In this document: piece by piece, positions 27,661 to 34,800 of the stretch
Numbering within the stretch: position 1 is the first letter of the stretch
Layout of the letters: each line of letters begins with the position of its first letter
Virus record (IMG/VR): IMGVR_UViG_3300043414_000372
Coordinates: 96,001-160,000 of that record
DNA from: a virus
Lineage: Duplodnaviria; Caudoviricetes
Direction: 5' to 3' (one strand)
Length of the DNA stretch: 64,000 nucleotides
Notes under the pieces: model-generated
The model's database searches: none
The model's input: only the letters and a program-made list of their open reading frames with translations
Told to the model about the DNA's origin: nothing
Program-made: the position numbers and the translations under genes

Positions 27661-28308
27661 GTGATGAAACCCACAATCGCATTATTTCTATACGACCCAA
27701 AATGTTCCGTACAATCTGGAAATGGGATGATGAGGGCTTTGAGTGAATATTACAACTTCAAAATCTTTAGCAAGAACAAATTGGAATATGATTTCTTTGA
27801 TGATGTGGACATGATTGCCGTTCCCGGTGGAATTGGTGATAGTGATACATTCAAACAACTATTCAAAAACAATGGGAAACGGGTAACTGACTTCATACAT
27901 AATGGCGGTAGATATTTGGGTATCTGTATGGGAGCATATTGGGCAGGTAGTTATTATCTAGATGTATTGGATGAGGTTGATGCTGTTCAATATATTAAAC
28001 AACCCGGAACTGACACACGTAGACCACATGCTAAAAATTTACCAATAACATGGAAAGATGAACGCATGAATATGTTCTTCTATGATGGTTGTGCATTGGT
28101 TGGTAATAGACACAAATTCAAAACAATTGCTACATACGCCAACGGCGATCCAATGGCAATATATCAAAAACGCATAGGACTAATTGGTTGTCATCCTGAA
28201 TCAGAACCATTTTGGTATGATAGCTATAGTTATATGCGTGACAAATGGCACGGCGGTAGACACCATGAGTTGTTGTTAGATTTCACTAACGACTTAATGA
28301 AACGTTAA
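27661..28308 (+). CDS. BPL-N-like class I glutamine amidotransferase-fold protein
   Basis: VPGG, YLGICMGAY nucleophile elbow, HPE; ATAAATA just upstream. Confidence 0.78.
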   Translation: MMKPTIALFLYDPKCSVQSGNGMMRALSEYYNFKIFSKNKLEYDFFDDVDMIAVPGGIGDSDTFKQLFKNNGKRVTDFIHNGGRYLGICMGAYWAGSYYLDVLDEVDAVQYIKQPGTDTRRPHAKNLPITWKDERMNMFFYDGCALVGNRHKFKTIATYANGDPMAIYQKRIGLIGCHPESEPFWYDSYSYMRDKWHGGRHHELLLDFTNDLMKR

Positions 28309-29015
28309 TTCCAATATTTGGACGAGTCTAAACTGTCCCAGTACTTCTTATTGTTGCGATTGACAAAGTTCTTAACTAGATACTTAGCCATTCCCATATA
28401 ACCCATCTTCTTAAATCTACGACTGTCTTGTCCAAAGTGATGTTTTACGATTCTAAACTTCTTAGGACTATATTTCCTAGACAAGAAATAGTCCTCTGAC
28501 GTTGAAAACTGTTCCGGGAATCCACCATACTCATCAAACTTATCTTTCCTAGTTAGCATAAATGCTCCAACCGCAAAGGGTGAGAAATATTTCAATGTGT
28601 GATTTATAGTGTTAAAAATAGTAAACCCAAACTTTGCTCTTATGTCATTGTCATAGCACTTGATGTTCAATCCAACAAGATCAAGGTTCATTGATTCAAT
28701 TTTATTGACAGCATCATGGATCACATCGTATTTAAAAAAACGAACATCAGCGTCAATGAATAAGATGTAGGGAGTAGTAACTAATCTTGCTCCATTGTTC
28801 TTGGCCACTGAAACAGGTCCTCCCTCAATGATCTCAACATTCAATTCAAAACTGGTATCACGTATAACTTGTCTGGTGTTATCCGTAGAGCAATCAGCAA
28901 TAATGACTCTAGTATCACCTATGTTTTGTGAACGTAATGAATCTAATAGATGATGAATATAATCTTCTTCATTCTTACAGGGTACAACTATAGTAATTTT
29001 ATCACTTAATTTCAT
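28305..29015 (-). CDS. GT2 family glycosyltransferase
   Basis: IVVPCKNEE, IIAD..STD, FIDAD, GGF, ED, SRRF; overlaps plcP-like stop by 14 nt. Confidence 0.88.
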   Translation of the reverse strand: MKLSDKITIVVPCKNEEDYIHHLLDSLRSQNIGDTRVIIADCSTDNTRQVIRDTSFELNVEIIEGGPVSVAKNNGARLVTTPYILFIDADVRFFKYDVIHDAVNKIESMNLDLVGLNIKCYDNDIRAKFGFTIFNTINHTLKYFSPFAVGAFMLTRKDKFDEYGGFPEQFSTSEDYFLSRKYSPKKFRIVKHHFGQDSRRFKKMGYMGMAKYLVKNFVNRNNKKYWDSLDSSKYWN

Positions 29016-29763
29016 TGTCCTTCTCCTTAGTCCAAGTAACTATTTCCCAACGACCGTCCCAATGTTCTACAAGTGCTGTACAGGATTCAACCCAGTCACC
29101 ATCATTCATGTATTTAATACCATCAATGTCTTTAATCTCTGCATGGTGAATGTGTCCACAGATAACACCATCAAACCCACGTTTTTTACAATAGGTTGCG
29201 AGATTTTTTTCAAAGTGGAATATGAAGTCTACCGCTTTCTTTACTCTTGCTTTGAGATATTTACTAAGACTAAAATACCCAAAACCCATGCGATGGCGTA
29301 GCCAATTGAATTTGCTATTAACTGATAAAATGACATCATATGCTTTGTCTCCTAAAAATGCTATCCAAGGTGCCAATCTAGTTATACCGTCAAACATATC
29401 TCCGTGTACTACAAGATAATGTTTGCCGTCTGCACCTATATGTTCTATTTGATTATGTATCTCAATGAGTCCAAAACTGAACCCATAGGGTATCATGGGC
29501 CGCAAGAATTCGTCATGATTTCCTGCAATATACACGACACGAGTGCCACGTTTAGCATGACCGAGAACACGACGGACCACATTAGTGTGGCTTTGTTTCC
29601 ATCTCCATTTGTTTTGTTGAATTCTCCAGGCATCAATTATATCTCCTATTAAGTATAATGTATCACATGAATTGTGTTTCAAAAAGTTATTTAATTTTTC
29701 AGCTTGACTATCTTTTGTACCCAAATGAACATCGGATACAAATATTGATCGGTAAGTTTTCAT
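29002..29763 (-). CDS. plcP: PlcP-like / LpxH-like (COG2908) metallophosphoesterase
   Basis: SDVHLG, GDIIDAW, GNHDEFLR, HGDMFD, CGHIH, NDGDWVESCTALVE; GNHD rather than the GNRD of E. coli-type LpxH. Confidence 0.72.
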   Translation of the reverse strand: MKTYRSIFVSDVHLGTKDSQAEKLNNFLKHNSCDTLYLIGDIIDAWRIQQNKWRWKQSHTNVVRRVLGHAKRGTRVVYIAGNHDEFLRPMIPYGFSFGLIEIHNQIEHIGADGKHYLVVHGDMFDGITRLAPWIAFLGDKAYDVILSVNSKFNWLRHRMGFGYFSLSKYLKARVKKAVDFIFHFEKNLATYCKKRGFDGVICGHIHHAEIKDIDGIKYMNDGDWVESCTALVEHWDGRWEIVTWTKEKDNEIK

Positions 29764-29794
29764 ACATTGTTGTTCTCACTCTTATTGTTATAAT

Positions 29795-29865
29795 AAAAAA
29801 GAGCCTTGCGGCCCTTAGTACTGGTTACGAGTTCCAGCTTCCGCTCAATCTTGCGGTCGGTTATT
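29795..29865 (-). ncRNA. Structured leader / candidate small RNA ending in an intrinsic terminator
   Basis: Hairpins CCGC/GCGG, GCTGG-AACTCGTAA-CCAGT and AAGGGCC-GCAA-GGCTCTT + T-tract between promoter and RBS. Confidence 0.5.
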
Positions 29866-29868
29866 TGT

Positions 29869-29907
29869 ATTGTATTTAGTGTCTTGCATATGACAATAAT
29901 ATGACAT
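29869..29907 (-). promoter_or_regulatory. Pho-box-overlapped sigma70 promoter (plus embedded TAAATA)
   Basis: TGTCATAT direct repeat at 11-bp period (29899-29906, 29888-29895); TTGTCA-N16-TACAAT. Confidence 0.7.
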
Positions 29908-29912
29908 ATGGT

Positions 29913-29933
29913 TAAAGGGGCAGTGCCCCTTTA
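29913..29933. terminator. Terminator after porin
   Basis: TAAAGGGGC-AGT-GCCCCTTTA. Confidence 0.8.
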
Positions 29934-29955
29934 TAATCAATGTGATTAGATTGGA

Positions 29956-30840
29956 TTAGAAATTGTGTTCCATACCCAATGCATACTTAGTAGTTGTTGC
30001 TGTTGCATCTTCTTTGATGTAACGAGCATGAACTGTTGTACGCTTGCTTAAACTATAGCTTGCGCCTAAGTCTAATGCTTTAGTAGTATTGTTCTCGCCA
30101 TAGCTAGCAAGTGCCATCAATGCTGAAGATACTGGTTGATTAACACCAATACTTTTACCAGTTGAAGTTACGCCTGCAACTTTGTCATCAGAATAAGTAG
30201 CGAAAACAGTTGTACCTGTTTTTTCAACCTTAACTCTTGCACCATAGATTGTTGAAGTACTTGTTGTACCGTTATCAAAACTTGCTACAGTAGCACTGAT
30301 TGGACCACGAGTAAATTCAATACTAGCAGCTTGCGGGTTATTAACGCCTGCTACTTCGCTATTGCTATTGATGTAGTTAACAGTTAAACCAGCCATTGGA
30401 GTAGCTGAAACGAACAACGCATTACTGAAACGTGAACCTTGAGCAGCGTGAATGACTGCGGTACTAGAACCGTATACATTACTCATTGCGTCATAGTTAT
30501 CAAGTGTACGTGCGATTGTGTGCTTGTCACGACCAACATTAACTGAACCTAAACTGTTTGACAAACCTACAATCATAGTTCTGTCGCCCAATGTAGTTGC
30601 TGCTGGAGCATCTGCACCGATACCAGTTTCAATTGTGAAGTTAGCAGATAGTCCGCCACCTAATGCTTCAGTACCTTTAAAACCCAAACGACTTGTATCG
30701 TTAGTGAGTGCTGTTACTGCTGACGCAGATCCAACTGTTACTGATTCTTCATACACACGCATTTTACCGTAAACGGCTACTTGTGCTGATGCTGCAAAAG
30801 ATACAGCGGCTAAAATTGTCGCAAGTGCGATTTTCTTCAT
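29956..30840 (-). CDS. Gram-negative trimeric porin (betaproteobacterial type)
   Basis: Signal peptide AASA, V.VYG, SRLGFKGTEALGGGLSANFTIE, C-terminal GMEHNF (terminal Phe). Confidence 0.9.
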   Translation of the reverse strand: MKKIALATILAAVSFAASAQVAVYGKMRVYEESVTVGSASAVTALTNDTSRLGFKGTEALGGGLSANFTIETGIGADAPAATTLGDRTMIVGLSNSLGSVNVGRDKHTIARTLDNYDAMSNVYGSSTAVIHAAQGSRFSNALFVSATPMAGLTVNYINSNSEVAGVNNPQAASIEFTRGPISATVASFDNGTTSTSTIYGARVKVEKTGTTVFATYSDDKVAGVTSTGKSIGVNQPVSSALMALASYGENNTTKALDLGASYSLSKRTTVHARYIKEDATATTTKYALGMEHNF

Positions 30841-30972
30841 ATTAAATTTCCTTTAAAAAAAACCTGATTGCTCAGGCTAGATTAATATTTAGCGGGAGAA
30901 ATACAGTCAAATAAATTATGTATTCTCGCAAAGTAAGTATACTGATTGCGTAATGTATGCTAGTTGATAAAG

Positions 30973-30996
30973 GAAAAGACACCGAAGTGTCTTTTC
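30973..30996 (-). terminator. Terminator closing tmRNA gene
   Basis: GAAAAGACAC-TTCG-GTGTCTTTTC (cUUCGg). Confidence 0.88.
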
Positions 30997-31305
30997 TGGT
31001 TGTTTCTTTTATACAGTAAGTCCTACTGCACCTTAGCCTTAAGCGGCTAAAGAATATAACTCATCGTTTGCAGTTATTGATTTTATGCGATTAACGGTCG
31101 TCATCTACCGAGTTGCCGTCGCTGACTATTTGCCCAATCGATTACCAGAGCAGGCCCATCATAAACACATAACAAGGGTTCCAGTTACGTCATTCTGTTT
31201 ACCACCGTCAAATGACGATACTGCACGGTCTATGTGTTTATGGTGGACCTGGCCGGATTCGAACCGGCGTCTTGAACACATCCTCTTTGAAGGAATTACA
31301 ACTAT
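30997..31305 (-). ncRNA. ssrA: Circularly permuted (two-piece) tmRNA: acceptor piece ~31305-31241, intervening segment 31240-31158, coding piece 31157-~30997
   Basis: T-arm GCCGG-TTCGAAT-CCGGC, CAGGTCC-A-CCA; 5' strand GGGCCTG lies downstream; G3.U70 pair; tag ANDELYSLAA* at 31071-31039. Confidence 0.93.
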
Positions 31306-31313
31306 CTTTTTAT

Positions 31314-31643
31314 TTATCGTTGATAGCAATTACGCTCACGGTAAATTTGACCATCAGGTTGTTGAATCTCTTTCCAAGAAGTACAAACTGTTTGCGGTTG
31401 CTGAATAATAACTTGCTCACGTTGAACAACAACTGGTTGTTGATTGGCATTAGCAATTGCTGCTCCTGCAATTCCGCCGATGATTAATGGGGCTATCCAA
31501 TCATTACGTTCAACAATAACTGTGCGAGGTTCCCAACGAGGTCCGCAATTGTGATGACGATGATCTATTCCCCAACGACAATCTTGGGCAAAAGCCATGG
31601 TACTGACCATTAATGTTACTGCAACCAAAAGTAATTTTTTCAT
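31314..31643 (-). CDS. Small exported protein with Gly-zipper-like segment
   Basis: Signal peptide AFA, IIGGIAGAAIA, Cys pairs. Confidence 0.7.
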   Translation of the reverse strand: MKKLLLVAVTLMVSTMAFAQDCRWGIDHRHHNCGPRWEPRTVIVERNDWIAPLIIGGIAGAAIANANQQPVVVQREQVIIQQPQTVCTSWKEIQQPDGQIYRERNCYQR

Positions 31644-31693
31644 ATTTTATCTCCTATACATATATAACGTGCTAGATATGTATTTAGTTGACA

Positions 31694-31885
31694 TTATTGG
31701 ACAACTAGGTGTCCAGTAGCATACATGATTGCCATAACTGGACCAGCAATGTGTTCGCCAATTTCATATAGTGCCCATACTGTTAATGCGACTGCCCACC
31801 ATGGATTGGTTTCGGCTTTGTGCCCTAACCACATAAAGAATTTGGCATGTGCTTGCCCAATTTTGTTTGCGAGTTTAACTATCAT
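31694..31885 (-). CDS. Small membrane protein
   Basis: Hydrophobic segment WWAVALTVWAL; TAAATA upstream. Confidence 0.6.
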   Translation of the reverse strand: MIVKLANKIGQAHAKFFMWLGHKAETNPWWAVALTVWALYEIGEHIAGPVMAIMYATGHLVVQ

Positions 31886-34800
31886 AGTTTGTATTTAGTC
31901 TCATAGTATGTTCTTAACCAAGCCCAATCGTAACTCAATCGTAATTTCTCAAAGTCACCATTCACCTCATTGTAGTATTCTACAGCATGTTGCGCTGAAT
32001 CCAAACTGTATTGGGCGAATTTGCCTAATCCAACATTTAGCCAATAATCTAATCGTTCTTCATTTTCATCAGTTTTGGATGCTTTAAGTTTAATACATTC
32101 ACGGAACGCAGTACGCCAGGTGTCCCATTCGCTAGTATTAAACATTGCAGTTCCACTATTAACTTCAACAACTTCATGTTCACTATCCATAGTAAAGTCT
32201 AATCCAGTACCAAAGTTTGCTAAGGTAAGTTTCTTGTTGTTAGCAACAATAGCTTGGTGACCATATACTAATCCATTTACAGGATTTGTCGCATGGAAAA
32301 TATAATGTTTTGGTATCTGTAAACGATCTGGTTGCCAATCAAAATCAAACTTAGCATCAACTTTCAATTTAGCATTAACTAAGAAGTACCATGGGGTATT
32401 ACTACTAGTTGCTGCCGCATGTTGACTCTTTACACGACCACTTACTCCATCTATTCTTACAACCTTGTTTGTTAACTTTTCAGTTAGTTTCAACAAGTGT
32501 TCATAGTTAGATTCAGCACTAGCTTCGCCGTTACTAAAGAATACAATGTCCAATGGGTTAGACTTAGCTAATTTACTATTAGTCATAATGTATGGATAAT
32601 CATACAATTCTTTCTTTACATAGTCTTTAGCTTCTTTGGGCACAACAATACGTGTTCCGCCCATGCTAGTTATCTGAATATTCCTAGACTCAGGTGACCA
32701 TAAACTGATTGGTTCTACATCAAGTACATTAACGTCTTTGTTATCTGCTGTAACAAATACAGCATAAGGGAAGTTAAATTCTGTTTTGATACTAGATACA
32801 TGACTATCACCTTCAGTAACTATAACTGGGGCAGGCAATCTCTTAACACGTTGACTTTGATTGAAGTCAATCTTAGTATAATCATCAAGTATCTTCAATT
32901 GCTTAATCAATGAACGTAGTTTGTTAACATCAATTAAGAATGTATCACCAAACTTTTGTTTATCACTAGGGAATACATGTAGTTGTTCTTTAGCAAACGG
33001 GTCACATATATAACTAAAATCAAAAGTACTATAATCACATACACTACTACATATCCAAAGATAATGTTCTTTCTTCTCTGGCAATGTTCTTAATAGTTTA
33101 ATAAACGTTTTAAGATATGTTGTGTCAAACTTGATTGTAGTGACTGGCAAGTTGAATTCAGGTGCGTCATTGCCATGGTCAATATAAACAATATCATATA
33201 GACGATTAACGGCTCTTGCCTTTTTGCTTTTAACAAAGTTAAGCATGGATAGATGTTCAATGATCTTCACGTACTTTGTATCTTCAATGAAGGTTTCTTT
33301 ATTAACCATAAAGGTCGTACCCCAATGACTCCATTGTGTTCCAAACACATGAATCATTTTCATTTGCCATGGACTAGGATAGAAATCGAATTCAAAGTTT
33401 CCATAATCTAATTCGCTATTCAATACCCAGAACAGTTTAGTTTCAGATTTGTTTATACAACGAGTGATTGTGTCTACCCAACTGTTAAGATATCTTGTCT
33501 TTTGTAGTTGTGGGTAGCGTAGTTTCAATTCTTCAAAACGTTGATTACTCTCACTATTACTTCTATCAATAAAGAACATACTCAAGTTACTATCAACTTG
33601 AACAGATTGTCCTTCAACATAGTTATATTCTTTATGTCCCTTCATATACATAGGTCCGTTGATATAGTATGTTTGTGTATCTTTACTATATTCATTACCA
33701 AATACATTTATGTGACGGAAGTTTTCCTGATTAGGTCTCCAACTAAAGTCAAACTTATCATAGTTCAAGTCAGGATTGATAGCCCAGAATACTTCTTCGG
33801 GATGTTCTTTAACTAGTTCATCTAATGTTGTTTTAATAGGATAACGATTGACTATTGTTTTTTTAGTTTCACCTGTATGTTCCATTAACACAACTTCAGT
33901 TGCCCCAACTACAGTGTAACGCGGCCCGTTATCTTGCCACTGATATATTTGAGGCGGGCTATATGGGTTAGGTCTCCAACTAAAGTCAAATGTTTCTAAG
34001 TCATCGTTGTTACTAATAGACCAATATTGTAAATCTGCCTTAGGCAACGCAACTGGCTCAGTCATATACTTGTATTCAGTTGCTCCTTCAACGTGATATT
34101 CAACTGATGGTTCTGTATTGGCATCATTCCATTTGTTACCAAACACATAGATGTAGGGTGGGCTAGTTGGGTCAGGTCTCCAACTATAATCAAACGATTC
34201 AATAGGTATTAAACGTTTCCATTGATTATCTGTAGCAGTTGATTTTACTAATCCAACTGTAGATGTTACATATTTCTTATCTGTTGCCCCAGGCATATGA
34301 TATTCTACAGTAGGATCAGTTATACCATCATACCATTGATTACCAAATACATATATGTAAGGTGGAGAATGCGGATTAGGTCTCCAACTATAATCAAACA
34401 CATCAACAGGTATAAGTGTTTTCCAATACTCTTGTGTCTTTGCTGCTGTAGCAACAATTTCTGTAATATATTTCTTTTCAGTCGCACCTTCTACATGATA
34501 TTCTACTGTAGGTTCAGTCATAGCATCATGCCATTGATTACCAAATATATATATGTAAGGTGGGCTATCAGGGTCAGGTCTCCAACTATAGTCAAAGTTA
34601 TCTACAGTAACTAATATCTTCCAGTTTTCAATCATCGGCAATGTTTTAGCTATCTTATCATCCATGTACTTGCGTTCAGTGGCACCTACGCAATGATATT
34701 CTATAGTAGGTTCTTTTACTGCGCTATTAGATTGATTGCCCCATACATAAATGTATGCCGGTTCTCTTGGATCAGGTCTCCAAGTAAAATCAAAACTAGT

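Noticed and set aside
29002-29763. Bona fide lipid A enzyme LpxH
   Set aside because: GNHD instead of GNRD, PlcP-like spacing and Pho box/GT context favour PlcP; not fully excluded without phylogeny
31241-31268. tRNA-Ala gene
   Set aside because: Only T-arm and acceptor 3' strand are present, no anticodon arm; the 5' strand and a tag ORF lie downstream, so it is a permuted tmRNA
31085-31487. Plus-strand ORFs 31085-31408 and 31212-31487
   Set aside because: Antisense to tmRNA and to ORF 31314-31643, no RBS or motifs
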